Shown: one piece after another, positions 1 through 9,826 of the stretch
How the letters are laid out: every line of letters starts with the position of its first letter
Position numbering within the stretch: the first letter of the stretch is position 1
NCBI RefSeq assembly: GCF_965204015.1
Contig: NZ_OZ241965.1
Span: 53,782-117,781 of the forward strand
Direction: 5' to 3'
Length of the DNA stretch: 64,000 nucleotides
Source of the DNA: Candidatus Poriferisocius sp.
GTDB lineage: Bacteria; Actinomycetota; Acidimicrobiia; Acidimicrobiales; Bin134
Position numbers and translations under genes: made by a program
Notes under the pieces: model-generated
Database searches by the model: none
What the model was told of the DNA's origin: nothing
Seen by the model: only the letters and a program-made list of their open reading frames with translations

Positions 1-1
1 C

Positions 2-355
2 GACGACGGATTCCTGTACCTGACCGATCGGTTCTCCGACATGGTGGTTTCGGGCGGGGTGAACATCTATCCGGCCGAGACCGAGCAGGTGCTGGTGGAG
101 CACCCCGGTGTGGCTGACGTGGCCTGCATCGGAGTGCCCGACGAGGAGATGGGCGAGCAGCTCAAGGCGCTCGTGGTGCCCGCCGACCCGGTCCGGCCAC
201 CCGCAGAGGCTGAGGTCATCGCCTTCTGCCGCGACCGCATCGCCCACTACAAGTGCCCCCGCACGGTCGACTTCATCAGCGAAGACCACCTGGGCCGCAC
301 CGCGATGGGCAAAATCAACAAGCAGGCCCTGCGCGCCCCCTTCTGGAAGAGTTAG
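2..355 (+). CDS. acyl-CoA synthetase / AMP-dependent ligase, C-terminal fragment (5' end outside window)
   Basis: Open from the window edge in frame 2. Reads DDGFLYLTDRFSDMVVSGGVNIYPAETEQVLVEHPGVADVACIGVPDEEMGEQLKA..., the C-terminal subdomain pattern of ANL-superfamily ligases. Stop at 353-355. Confidence 0.85.
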   Translation, partial: DDGFLYLTDRFSDMVVSGGVNIYPAETEQVLVEHPGVADVACIGVPDEEMGEQLKALVVPADPVRPPAEAEVIAFCRDRIAHYKCPRTVDFISEDHLGRTAMGKINKQALRAPFWKS

Positions 356-388
356 GCGACCCAGCGGCGCGAGCCGAAGCTGAAAGAG

Positions 389-1294
389 CTACGCCGAAAG
401 GGCCAGACCGAGTGTCAGCAGCACCCCGAACAGCAGGTGCAGGCGAGCGGTGAGGTTGAGCAGGGGGGCTTTGGGCCCCGAAGACAGCGCAAGCTGAATG
501 GCGGGAATGGCCAGAGTAAGAGAAGCCAGCGTCAGCGGCGCCCACGAAAGGGTCACAGACATGATGAGGCCCACCGCCAGGGCGGCCACCACCAGAAACA
601 CGTAGAACCAGGCGGCCCGCCGGTCGCCGAGGCGCACCGCAAAGGTCCGTTTGCCCGCGGCCCGGTCTTGGGGGATGTCCCGCAGGTTGTTGGCCATCAG
701 CAGCGCCGAGGCCAAAAGGCCCACCGGCACCGCGGCCGCAACGGCCAGCCCGGTCAGCTCCTCGGTCTGCACGAAGGCCGTGCCCGCGGTGGCCACCTGG
801 CCGAAGAACACGAACACCGCCACCTCTCCCAAACCGGCATAGCCGTAGGGCCGCTTTCCGCCGGTGTAGTACCAGGCGGCCACGATGCAGGCCAGTCCCA
901 CCGCAATCAGCCACGGCGCCACCGCAATGGCCAGAACCAGGCCGGCCACCGCCGCCACTGCAAAGGCGCCGAACGCGGCCCGGCGCACAGCAGCCGGCGC
1001 CACCATGCCGCCGCCCACCAGCCGGGCCGGACCCACCCGGCTGGCATCGGTGCCCCGAATCCCGTCGGAGTAGTCGTTGGCGTAGTTCACCCCCACCTGG
1101 AGGGCCACCGCCACCACCAGCGTCACCGCGGCGCGCCACCACACCACATCGGGAGCGACCGCCGCGGTGCCCACCGCCACCGGCACCACCGCGGCGGGAA
1201 GGGTCCGGGGCCGAGCCCCGTGCACCCATAGCCTCATCGAAGCATCACTCCACAAGTCTTGCCCATCGCCGGAGTTCGTTAGTGTCGAAGCCAT
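389..1294 (-). CDS. menA: 1,4-dihydroxy-2-naphthoate polyprenyltransferase (UbiA family)
   Basis: 301-aa polytopic membrane ORF with RPRTLPAA near the N-terminus and the NDYSDGIRGTD aspartate-rich motif typical of MenA. An internal start at 1237 (MRLWVHGARPRTL) is possible. Confidence 0.85.
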   Translation of the reverse strand: MASTLTNSGDGQDLWSDASMRLWVHGARPRTLPAAVVPVAVGTAAVAPDVVWWRAAVTLVVAVALQVGVNYANDYSDGIRGTDASRVGPARLVGGGMVAPAAVRRAAFGAFAVAAVAGLVLAIAVAPWLIAVGLACIVAAWYYTGGKRPYGYAGLGEVAVFVFFGQVATAGTAFVQTEELTGLAVAAAVPVGLLASALLMANNLRDIPQDRAAGKRTFAVRLGDRRAAWFYVFLVVAALAVGLIMSVTLSWAPLTLASLTLAIPAIQLALSSGPKAPLLNLTARLHLLFGVLLTLGLALSA

Positions 1295-1326
1295 GAGAGC
1301 GCAAAAGACGTGAGAGTGTCGAGGCC

Positions 1327-3321
1327 ATGAACCGCCTAGGCGCTGAAACCAGTCCCTACCTCCGCCAGCACGCCGACAATCCGGTGGACTGGTACCCGTG
1401 GGGTGAAGAGGCCTTTGCCGCGGCCCGGGCCGCCGACAAACCCATCTTGTTGTCGGTGGGCTATTCGGCCTGCCACTGGTGCCACGTTATGGCCCACGAG
1501 TCGTTTGAGGATCCCGAAACCGCCAAGGTGATGAACGAGTTATTCGTCAACGTCAAGGTGGATCGGGAGGAGCGCCCCGACGTGGACACCATCTACATGG
1601 AGGCGGTGCAGGCGCTCACCGGCCGGGGCGGATGGCCCATGACCGTGTTCATGACTCCCGACGGGCGCCCGTTTCACGGGGGCACCTACTACCCCCCGGT
1701 CAGCCGGGGCCAGATGCCCTCGTTCGCCGAGATCATGCACCGAATCCAAGACGTGTGGGTCAACCGCCGCCAAGACGTCGACAACCAGGCCGACCAGCTC
1801 ACCCAGTCGCTCAACCGCACGGCGCTCATTCAACCCGACCCCCAGCGGGCCGGGGCCGGAACCGGCTCGGAGGTCTTGAGCCGGGCCACCACGGCGCTGC
1901 GCCAGCAGTACGACGCCGCCTGGGGCGGATTCGGAGGTGCGCCCAAGTTCCCGCAAACCATGAGCCACGAGGTGCTGCTGCGCTCCTACCTCCACAGTGG
2001 CGACCAAGACGTGCTCAACATGGTGATCAACTCCCTGGACGCCATGGCCTCGGGGGGGATCTACGACCATCTGGGCGGCGGATTCAGCCGCTACTCGGTG
2101 GACGCCCAGTGGATTGTGCCCCACTTCGAGAAGATGCTGTACGACAACGCTCTGTTCGCCCGCCTGTACCTGCACGCCTGGCAGGTAACCGGCCGACCCC
2201 GCTTCCTCCAGGTGCTGGACGAAACCATCGGCTTCGTGCTGCGAGACCTTCGCCACGACAGCGGCGGCTTCTACTCAGCCCTCGACGCCGATTCCGAGGG
2301 TGAGGAGGGCCGGTACTACGTGTGGACTCCCGATCAGATCACCTCGGTGCTCGGGGACGACGCGGCTGAGTTCATGGCGTGGTACGGGGTAACCGAAGCC
2401 GGCAACTTCGAGGGACACAACATCTTGTGGCGGCCGGTGCGGGGCGACTTGCTTCGTCCGGCCAGCGTGGAACTGGGCCGCGAGCGCTTGCTGTCGGCCC
2501 GCAACCTGCGAATCCCGCCCGGTTTGGACGACAAGGTGCTGCTGGAGTGGAACAGTCTCATGCTGGCCGCCCTGGCCGAGGCGGCGGCCGCCACCGGAAA
2601 CCAGCAGTGGCTGGAGGCGGCCATCAAAAACGGCGGCTTCCTGCTCGACCGACTCCGCCGATCTGACGGCCGCTGGTTGCGCTCTTGGCAGGCGGGCGAC
2701 GGTGACCGTCCGGCCCAGGCTCGCCATCTGGCCTACGCCGCTGACTATGCGGCCGCGGCCGACGCCTTTACCCGCCTCGGCGAGGCCTCCGGTCAGGCCC
2801 GCTGGATCGAAGAGGCGGTCCAGGCAGCCGATGGGCTGTTGGAGCTGTTCTGGGACCATGAGCGGGGCGGGGTGTTTACCACCGGCTCCGACGCCGAAGA
2901 GCTGATCTGCCGCCCCAAGGAGATCACCGACAACGCGGTCCCCTCAGCCAACAGCGCCGCCGCGGTTGCGCTGCTGCGACTGGGAACCCTCACCGGCAAG
3001 ACTCACTATTTGGACCGGGCCGTAGACATCTTGGCGCTTTTGGGCGAGGTGGCCGCCAACCACCCCAGCGGGTTCGGCCACCTGCTTGAGGCGACCGACA
3101 TGAGCGCCACCGGTTTGACCGAGGTGGTGATTGGCGGCGACCGCCCCGACCTAGTGGACGCAGTGCGGGAGGTGTACCGGCCCAACACCGTGCTGGCCTG
3201 GGGCGAGCCCTACAGCTCGCCGCTGTGGGAGAGTCGCACCGAGGGGCTGGCCTACGTCTGTCGCGACTACACCTGCGAGGCCCCGGCCTCCACCGCCGAG
3301 GACCTGCTGGCCCGACTTTGA
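1327..3321 (+). CDS. thioredoxin-domain protein, DUF255/YyaL (SPATA20-like) family
   Basis: 664 aa. N-terminus [22 protein letters not shown]...[18 protein letters not shown] is the family hallmark, followed by a long alpha/alpha-toroid-like C-terminal region. Confidence 0.9.
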   Translation: MNRLGAETSPYLRQHADNPVDWYPWGEEAFAAARAADKPILLSVGYSACHWCHVMAHESFEDPETAKVMNELFVNVKVDREERPDVDTIYMEAVQALTGRGGWPMTVFMTPDGRPFHGGTYYPPVSRGQMPSFAEIMHRIQDVWVNRRQDVDNQADQLTQSLNRTALIQPDPQRAGAGTGSEVLSRATTALRQQYDAAWGGFGGAPKFPQTMSHEVLLRSYLHSGDQDVLNMVINSLDAMASGGIYDHLGGGFSRYSVDAQWIVPHFEKMLYDNALFARLYLHAWQVTGRPRFLQVLDETIGFVLRDLRHDSGGFYSALDADSEGEEGRYYVWTPDQITSVLGDDAAEFMAWYGVTEAGNFEGHNILWRPVRGDLLRPASVELGRERLLSARNLRIPPGLDDKVLLEWNSLMLAALAEAAAATGNQQWLEAAIKNGGFLLDRLRRSDGRWLRSWQAGDGDRPAQARHLAYAADYAAAADAFTRLGEASGQARWIEEAVQAADGLLELFWDHERGGVFTTGSDAEELICRPKEITDNAVPSANSAAAVALLRLGTLTGKTHYLDRAVDILALLGEVAANHPSGFGHLLEATDMSATGLTEVVIGGDRPDLVDAVREVYRPNTVLAWGEPYSSPLWESRTEGLAYVCRDYTCEAPASTAEDLLARL

Positions 3322-3364
3322 GTCTGACGGCGAGACCATCGCAGAGAGGGCCGAGCCAGAAGTC

Positions 3365-5332
3365 ATGACCCGGAACACCAACATGGCCAGGCGAATCTCT
3401 CTGGTGGTTTTGCTTTGCCTTGTTTCGACCGCCCTGCTCACCAGCGGGAAGCTGGTTGAGATAGCGGAGCGCCAGCCGCTGGGAGAAAGCCGGGACCGCT
3501 GGGTGAGCATGGCAGAGGCGGTGGACCGGGCCGCCAACTTCTTGTCGTTGAATCGGCCTTACGACTTGATCGCCGACTGGCGGGGTGTAGGCCAAGACGT
3601 GGGAGAGCGATTGGACACCGTCGGCGAGGTGGTGGAGGCGTTGGAAGACAGCGGCCAAGACGAGATTCCCCCGGAATTGGCCGAACCCACCGCGGTTGAC
3701 CGTGTAGACACGGCGCCGACAGAAGTCGCCGCGGAGTTTGCCGCGGAGTTTGCGGTGGTTTCTTCCGACCGGCCGCTGCGCGTGCATGTCGCGGGCGACA
3801 GCCAGGCCGACGACGTTGGGCACACGCTGCAAGATGCCTCCGGCGGCCTGTTCGACGTGACGGTCAACAGCCGCAACTCGACCAGCCTGGTTCGGCCCGA
3901 CTACTTCAACTGGCCGGCAGAGCTGTTGAAGGTGTCCATTCGAGACGACCCCGACGTGGTGGTGCTGTTCCTTGGGGCCAGCGAATGGCAGAACATGGAG
4001 GCCAGAGACGGCAGCCTGGTCGAACCGGGGACACCGGAATGGCTAGAAGAGTGGTCGTGGCGCTTGAGCGTGGCGCTCGACGTACTCTCGGCTGACCATC
4101 GACTGATCGTTTGGGTCGGCCTACCGCCGATGCGCGTCGCGTGGAGCGTTGCCGGGGTGCCGGCCATCAACGCCGCCGCGGCGGCCGTCGTCGCCGACTT
4201 TCCCCAGGCGGCGATGATTGACATTTGGGACCTGTTCGGAGGGGCGCCTTACGCAGAGAAAGTGGCGCCGCCGGCCGGTGGGTCGCCGGTGCGAGTTCGC
4301 ATGGATGACGGGATTCATCTCAATCGCACGGGCTCGTCTTGGGTGTCCCATGAGGTGGTGAAAGCCGTTGCCGCGGTTTGGGAAGGCCAGTGCGCCGCCG
4401 CCGCTGAGGACGGCGCCATCTGCTGGAGGGCCAGGGCGGACGCCGGCCAAGGCCGAGGGGAAGGCACTGAAGGGGAGGAAACCTGCGCCGAGCTGCCCGA
4501 CGGAGAACTCGTCTGCTGGCCGACCGATCGGGCCGCGCCGCTGTTCAGGCCCCCGGGGAAGTATGAGTCGGTGTCGGCCAGCTGGAACCAAGTGTGCGCC
4601 CTGAGGGCGGCTGACTCGACCGCCACATGCTGGGGCGACGACTTGGACGGTCGCGGCAACATACCGGGGGACGCCTTCGAGTCGGTGGTGGCCGGAGCGT
4701 GGCACGCGTGCGGGATCAGGCCCTCGGGGCAGGTGCAATGCTGGGGCACCCCGGTGGCGAACATGGCGGTTGCCCCGACCGGGGTCTATACCGAGGTCAC
4801 GATCGGAGAGCGCCACTCGTGTGCCCTCAAGCCTGATGGGCGGGTCGACTGTTGGGGCGACAACGAGTACAACCGCAGCGCGGTGCCCGATATTGAGTTC
4901 GCCATGGTCAGCGCGGGGCGGTGGCATTCCTGCGGGCTTGTTCCCGACCTCTCGGCGGTGTGCTGGGGAGACGATTCCTACGGCCAGGCAGACCCGCCCG
5001 GTGGGCAGTTCACGTCGCTGAGCGCGGGCGAGATCCATACGTGCGGCCTGAGGGCCGACGGTACGGTCGAGTGCTGGGGAGCGAATCTTTACGGCGAAAC
5101 GGAGGCACCCGATGGGGAGTTTGTGTCGGTGGCCACCGGCGAGCGGCACACGTGCGGGCTGCTGGCCAATGGCGAGGCCCGGTGCTGGGGCAACAACGAT
5201 CACGGGCGGGCCGAGCCCCCCGCCGGGGTGTTTTTGTCGCTGGACGCTGGCGGGAACATCTCTTGCGGTCTGCGTCCCGACCAGAGCGTGGAGTGCTGGG
5301 GGCGGGAGTTGGCCGGAGAGACGGTGCGCTAG
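3365..5332 (+). CDS. membrane-anchored SGNH/DUF459-like hydrolase fused to a ~7-blade RCC1-like propeller
   Basis: N-terminal TM segment (ISLVVLLCLVSTALLTSG). SGNH-type block LRVHVAGDSQADDVG...VVVLFLGASEW...DDGIHLNRTG. Seven clear H(S/T)CGL..DG...CWG.N..G repeats follow from about nt 4560 to the stop. Confidence 0.8.
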   Translation: MTRNTNMARRISLVVLLCLVSTALLTSGKLVEIAERQPLGESRDRWVSMAEAVDRAANFLSLNRPYDLIADWRGVGQDVGERLDTVGEVVEALEDSGQDEIPPELAEPTAVDRVDTAPTEVAAEFAAEFAVVSSDRPLRVHVAGDSQADDVGHTLQDASGGLFDVTVNSRNSTSLVRPDYFNWPAELLKVSIRDDPDVVVLFLGASEWQNMEARDGSLVEPGTPEWLEEWSWRLSVALDVLSADHRLIVWVGLPPMRVAWSVAGVPAINAAAAAVVADFPQAAMIDIWDLFGGAPYAEKVAPPAGGSPVRVRMDDGIHLNRTGSSWVSHEVVKAVAAVWEGQCAAAAEDGAICWRARADAGQGRGEGTEGEETCAELPDGELVCWPTDRAAPLFRPPGKYESVSASWNQVCALRAADSTATCWGDDLDGRGNIPGDAFESVVAGAWHACGIRPSGQVQCWGTPVANMAVAPTGVYTEVTIGERHSCALKPDGRVDCWGDNEYNRSAVPDIEFAMVSAGRWHSCGLVPDLSAVCWGDDSYGQADPPGGQFTSLSAGEIHTCGLRADGTVECWGANLYGETEAPDGEFVSVATGERHTCGLLANGEARCWGNNDHGRAEPPAGVFLSLDAGGNISCGLRPDQSVECWGRELAGETVR

Positions 5333-5384
5333 CCGCGCTTGGCGCTAGTCCACCGGGGCGGGGGCTAGCCGATTTGGATCACGG

Positions 5385-6560
5385 TTAGCCCATTGGAGCA
5401 GGGGCGCAGAGACCGTCGAGTTCCACCACCTGGATCTTGTCGCGGTTCTCCCAGGTGATGGGCTGGTCGGGATCAGGCCGCAGCTTGTACTCCCGGAACG
5501 ACATCTCGCTGGCGTCGAAGGCCAGCAGCCGTCCCACCAGAGTGTCGCCGTGGCCCAAAATCAGCTTGATGGCCTCCAGGGCTTGGATCGACCCCACGAT
5601 GCCGGGCAGCACGCCCAGCACCCCGGCCTCGGCGCAGCTCGGGGCCATCTCAGCGGGAGGCGGCTCGGGAATCATGTCCCGGTAGGTGGGGCCGCTGCGG
5701 GGATCGAAAACCGTGATTTGGCCCTCAAACCGGAAGATCGACCCGTGGACCACGGGGATGCCCAGCTTCACCGAGGCGTCGTTGAGCATGTAGCGCACCG
5801 GGAAGTTGTCGGCGCCGTCCACGATCACGTCGTAGTCCTTGATGATGTCCACGATGTTGTCGGCCCCCAGCCGCACGTCGTAGGTCACCACGTTCACATC
5901 GGGGTTCAGGGCGTTGAGCGTCTTTTTGGCCGAGTCCACCTTGCGTTCGCCCACCCGGTCGACGTTGTGCAGGATTTGGCGCTGGAGGTTGGAGGCGTCC
6001 ACCACGTCCATGTCCACGATGCCCACGGTTCCCACCCCCGCGGCGGCCAAGTACAGGGCGGCGGGAGAGCCCAGCCCGCCGGCGCCCAGGCACAACACCT
6101 TGGCCTCCAGGAGTTTGAGTTGGCCCTCGGCGCCCACTTCAGGCAACAGCAGGTGGCGGTGGTAGCGGTTGCGCTGGTCGGGGGTGAGGGTCACCGGCAG
6201 GGCCCAATCCCGGCCCTCGTCCTTCCAGCGGTTGAACCCGCCGTCCATGGACACCACGTCGCCATAGCCCATTTCCTGGAGGGTCTGAGCGGCGAACGCC
6301 GAGCGCACCCCGCCGGCGCACATGACCACCACCGCGGCATCCTTGTCGGTGAGGCGGTTCTCCACGTTGGGCTCGAGGTTGCCCCGAGGGATGTGGACCG
6401 AACCCGGCACCGCCCCCTGCTCGAATTCGTCGGGCTCTCGCACGTCCAGCAGCACCGCTCCCTCGGCCAGCATCGCTTCGGCTCCCGCGGGGTCGGTCTC
6501 TCGGATTTCAGCTTTGGCTTCTCTCAGCAGATCTCTGAATGTGGGCATCGCTACGGTCAC
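5385..6560 (-). CDS. rhodanese-ThiF/MoeB-type adenylyltransferase/sulfurtransferase (MoeZ-like, domain order reversed)
   Basis: N-terminal rhodanese block (LLDVREPDEFEQGAVPGSVHIPRG...MCAGGVRSAFAA), then the ThiF/MoeB Rossmann block (RYHRHLLLPEVG..GQ.KLLEAKVLCLGAGGLGSPAALYLAAAGVGTVGIVDMDVVDASNLQRQILH). Confidence 0.85.
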   Translation of the reverse strand: MTVAMPTFRDLLREAKAEIRETDPAGAEAMLAEGAVLLDVREPDEFEQGAVPGSVHIPRGNLEPNVENRLTDKDAAVVVMCAGGVRSAFAAQTLQEMGYGDVVSMDGGFNRWKDEGRDWALPVTLTPDQRNRYHRHLLLPEVGAEGQLKLLEAKVLCLGAGGLGSPAALYLAAAGVGTVGIVDMDVVDASNLQRQILHNVDRVGERKVDSAKKTLNALNPDVNVVTYDVRLGADNIVDIIKDYDVIVDGADNFPVRYMLNDASVKLGIPVVHGSIFRFEGQITVFDPRSGPTYRDMIPEPPPAEMAPSCAEAGVLGVLPGIVGSIQALEAIKLILGHGDTLVGRLLAFDASEMSFREYKLRPDPDQPITWENRDKIQVVELDGLCAPAPMG

Positions 6561-6650
6561 CTCGGTGTTGGCGGGACATCGGGTCAGGCAAAGGGAGGAT
6601 TCCCCATAAATCCTACCGACTTAGTCCGATTTTACCAATCCCCGGCCGGT

Positions 6651-7424
6651 TCACGGAGCCACAATCAGCGGCAGCGCCTCGCTGATAGAGGCGGGCACCA
6701 CCGCGGCAGCCAGACCGTCGAACGGGGTGGGCTCCGCGTTCACGATCACCACCGCCGCTCCGGCCTGGTGGGCGATGGGGACCACGTTGGCTATCGGGTA
6801 CACGGTGAGGGTGGATCCCACCGCCAGCATCACATCGCAGTCCATGGCGGCCTGCTCCGACCGGTGCAAGTCGGCCATGACCAGGTTCTGGCCGAACGAG
6901 ATGGTGGCCGATTTCAAGATGCCCCCGCACCGCCGACACGGCGGGTCGGCCTCCCCGGCCCTGACCCGTTCCAAGGCTCGCTCCATCGGGGCGGTGTCTC
7001 CGCAGTCCAAACAACGGACCTTGGACGTGGTGCCGTGAATCTCCACCAGCCGCCCCTCCGATGTGCCCGCCGCCCGGTGCAGGCCGTCCACGTTCTGGGT
7101 GATCAGCAGGTGCAGCTTCTCCTGGCGCTCGAGTTCCACCAGCGCCCGGTGGCCGGGGTTTGGTGCCTTGCCCTCCCACATCGACCCTTCGGCCAACCGC
7201 TGCCAGTTGCGCTGTCGCAGTTCGGGGTCGGACACATACGAAGACAACGTGGCCGTTTTCTCCGCCTCAGGGTTCTTGGTCCACAGCCCCTCCGGCCCCC
7301 GGAAATCAGGTATGCCGCTGTCGGTGGAGATCCCCGCACCGGTCAGCACCACTACCCGTTGCGCATCCCTCAGGACCGCCCTCGCCGCGGCGATCTCGCC
7401 GTCAAGTTCTTCGATTGGTCGCAT
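6651..7424 (-). CDS. cobB: NAD-dependent protein deacylase, Sir2 family
   Basis: 257 aa with VVLTGAGISTDSGIPDFRGPEGLW, ITQNVDGLH and a Zn ribbon (CLDCG...CRRCGG). Confidence 0.9.
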   Translation of the reverse strand: MRPIEELDGEIAAARAVLRDAQRVVVLTGAGISTDSGIPDFRGPEGLWTKNPEAEKTATLSSYVSDPELRQRNWQRLAEGSMWEGKAPNPGHRALVELERQEKLHLLITQNVDGLHRAAGTSEGRLVEIHGTTSKVRCLDCGDTAPMERALERVRAGEADPPCRRCGGILKSATISFGQNLVMADLHRSEQAAMDCDVMLAVGSTLTVYPIANVVPIAHQAGAAVVIVNAEPTPFDGLAAAVVPASISEALPLIVAP

Positions 7425-7433
7425 AAATGGCCC

Positions 7434-7463
7434 TTGACAAGATTACACGAACATGCACAATAT
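7434..7463 (+). promoter_or_regulatory. candidate sigma70-type promoter in the AT-rich spacer upstream of 7493 ORF
   Basis: TTGACA at 7434-7439, then 18 nt, then CAATAT at 7458-7463. The 68-bp spacer is much more AT-rich than its flanks. Pattern match only. Confidence 0.35.
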
Positions 7464-7492
7464 ACACCTAAAGCTTCCCCTAAGTATCGAGT

Positions 7493-7948
7493 ATGGCGAA
7501 TGCCAGGAGAAACGATCTTTCCATGACTATCCCCGCTTTGCATTCTTCCCTTTGGATCGAGCCGTGGCGTGATCTGATCACCGAGGAGAAGGGGCATGAC
7601 CCCCGCTCCAGATACGTGGAGCAATTCTGGCTGGGGGTGATCGGCCCGACTGCCGCTTGGCTCATGCGCCACGTGGCTCACGAGTTTGACAGATCACCTG
7701 ACGGATTCGAGCTTCCCGTGACCGACATCGCATTGCAATTGGGGATCAGCCCCAAGGCCGGGCCTCGCGGCGGCCTCCATCGGACCCTGGACCGATTGGT
7801 GATGTTCCGCCTGGCGTCAGAGGGCCACGCCGGCTTCGCCATACGGCGTCGGCTGCCTCCGCTCAACCACGCCCAACTCCGCCGGTTGCCCCAACACCTC
7901 CAACGCTCCCACTCCTCCTACTACTCGCTGGCCGAGCCCGCAGCCTGA
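7493..7948 (+). CDS. hypothetical protein, possible winged-helix/HTH
   Basis: 151-aa ORF with normal codon bias. The segment VTDIALQLGISPKAG..GGLHRTLDRLVMFRLA looks HTH-like. No family recognised. Confidence 0.55.
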   Translation: MANARRNDLSMTIPALHSSLWIEPWRDLITEEKGHDPRSRYVEQFWLGVIGPTAAWLMRHVAHEFDRSPDGFELPVTDIALQLGISPKAGPRGGLHRTLDRLVMFRLASEGHAGFAIRRRLPPLNHAQLRRLPQHLQRSHSSYYSLAEPAA

Positions 7949-7966
7949 GGCCCAAGACGCTAGACA

Positions 7967-9160
7967 TTGGTCGTGGACAACGAACTGAGAGCTTCCTGGG
8001 ACCGGCTATGCGACACGCTAAAGCAGTCGGCCGACTACGTGTTCGACCCGGCACGGGGGGCGGATGCCTCTGAACAGGCTGAGGGCTTGCGCCACCACCT
8101 GAGGATGCTGTTTTGGGCCTATGACCGGATCGTGGAGAACAACGACCCCGAACACCCCGAGTTGGGCTGGGTGTACCCGTTCAAGGTGGGCCAGGACAAT
8201 CCCGATGCCATGTACATGACCGCTCCGGTGGACCTGAGCCACACCTACCGCCTCACCGGCCGCATAGACACGCTGCGCTACCTGGGGGTGTCGCTGATGG
8301 ACCACAGCTTCGGCCGGGGGCGCATCATCCAGCTCGTCGACGTCGGCAGCACAGATCTGACCGACATCGGCGATGGCCGCATAAACGTGATCTTCAGCCC
8401 CGACCCCGACCCCGGCGACCACATTGGCGACTGGTTCCAGGTGGAGCCGCGCGAGAGTCGGCTGTTCGTGCGCCAGTTCTTCTCCGACTGGGCTGCCGAG
8501 AGCCAAGCCGAGCTCCATTTCGAATGCCTCGACCCATCGGGTCCGCCCGCCCGGCTCGATCCGGTGCGGACCTGCGAGCTGCTCGACGAACTGGCCCGGG
8601 AAGTGGACACCGTGCCCAAGTTCTGGACCGAATTCGCCGGGGGCCAGCGCGACCGGGGCCAAATCAACTCTTTCGACCATGTTCCCCCTCACAAGGTGAG
8701 CCAGAGCGCCCAGGGAGGAAGCGAAAAGCAGTCCTACGGCCAGTGCTGGTACGAGGTGGCCCCCGACGAGGCGCTGCTCTTCGAGGTAACCCCGCCCGAC
8801 TGCCTGTACTGGAACATCCAAGTGGGCGACACCTGGTATCAGAGCCTCGACTACATCAACCTGCCCACCACGATGAACGACTCCCAGGCCCGCCTCGACC
8901 CCGACGGCGTGCTCCGGGTGGTCATCTCCCACCAAGACCCCGGCATCCAGAACTGGATCGCCCTGGGCGGCTGCCCCCAGGGGGCCATCACCTACCGCTG
9001 GAACAACGCCGACAGCGCACCGGTGCCCACACTTCGGCTGATGCCTGTCTCCGAGATCGACGGCTGTCTCCACCCCGACACCCCCCGGCTCAGCTCTGAT
9101 GATCGGGCCGCGCTCGATGCTGAGCGACGTCGCCACGCTTTGCGCCGCTTCACGCGATAG
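7967..9160 (+). CDS. hypothetical protein (DUF1214-like?), paralog of 46329..47477
   Basis: 397 aa with a TTG start. Shares G(Q/W)DNPDA(M/I)Y..AP(V/L)....TYR(L/V).GR and overall colinearity with the ORF at 46329..47477. The family name is a guess. Confidence 0.7.
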   Translation: MVVDNELRASWDRLCDTLKQSADYVFDPARGADASEQAEGLRHHLRMLFWAYDRIVENNDPEHPELGWVYPFKVGQDNPDAMYMTAPVDLSHTYRLTGRIDTLRYLGVSLMDHSFGRGRIIQLVDVGSTDLTDIGDGRINVIFSPDPDPGDHIGDWFQVEPRESRLFVRQFFSDWAAESQAELHFECLDPSGPPARLDPVRTCELLDELAREVDTVPKFWTEFAGGQRDRGQINSFDHVPPHKVSQSAQGGSEKQSYGQCWYEVAPDEALLFEVTPPDCLYWNIQVGDTWYQSLDYINLPTTMNDSQARLDPDGVLRVVISHQDPGIQNWIALGGCPQGAITYRWNNADSAPVPTLRLMPVSEIDGCLHPDTPRLSSDDRAALDAERRRHALRRFTR

Positions 9161-9200
9161 TTCCCTGGAGATGCCTCAGCCCGCGGAGACGAGATAGCTC

Positions 9201-9698
9201 ATGGAATACGTGGCCGCGGTCTACCTGATGGCTGCGGTCTTGTTGGGCGCGGCGGGTGCATCCAAGGTCGTCACCCCTGAGCCGGCATCGGCCGCGCTGG
9301 CCCGACTCCAGCTCTACCACCGCCCATGGGCCGTGCGGGCCTTGGGACTGGTAGAGCTGGTGGTGGCGGTCAGCGCCTTCATCCTGGGAGGCATCGTCCC
9401 CGCCACCGCCCTCGCCGCCTTTTACGCCGCGTTCGCGGTGGTCGCCGCTGCCATGGTGCGCTCAGGATCAGCGGAACCCTGCGGTTGCTTCGGCCGGATC
9501 GAAATGCCAGCCACCAGGCGCCACTTGATTGTGAACATCCTGGCCGTGGTGGCCGGACTGGCAGCCGCCTCCTGGCCAGTCGAAGCCATCGACAAACTCT
9601 TCGACGGCCAAAAGTGGCTCCTCGCCCCCTTCACCGTTGTCGTGGTGGGAGGAGCCTACGGAGTGTTCGCCTGGCTCAGCCGGCCTGCTCCCAGTTGA
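9201..9698 (+). CDS. MauE/DoxX-like integral membrane protein
   Basis: 165 aa with four predicted TM helices and a central EPCGCFG motif as in the MauE family. Confidence 0.6.
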   Translation: MEYVAAVYLMAAVLLGAAGASKVVTPEPASAALARLQLYHRPWAVRALGLVELVVAVSAFILGGIVPATALAAFYAAFAVVAAAMVRSGSAEPCGCFGRIEMPATRRHLIVNILAVVAGLAAASWPVEAIDKLFDGQKWLLAPFTVVVVGGAYGVFAWLSRPAPS

Positions 9699-9826
9699 CC
9701 TATCGACACCACCCGATTCGCCCCTTCTTCAAGGCGGATACCGGACCTCAGAGACGACTCTCCCTCGATGGCGCGCCCGTAGGCAGACTCTCCTTTGGTG
9801 AAGACATAAGCCTTCCATAACGAGAC

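Noticed and set aside
6651-7424. Sir2 domain as a possible anti-phage effector (Thoeris/DSR-like)
   Set aside because: The protein is a compact 257-aa CobB-type deacylase with the Zn-ribbon and no fused sensor or partner gene. Its neighbours are housekeeping-like.
5550-7526. 658-aa + strand ORF spanning the region antisense to the MoeZ-like and Sir2 genes
   Set aside because: Its translation is Gly/His/Arg/Val-rich low-complexity sequence with no motifs. It lies exactly antisense to two well-supported genes. This is the typical long shadow ORF of high-GC DNA.
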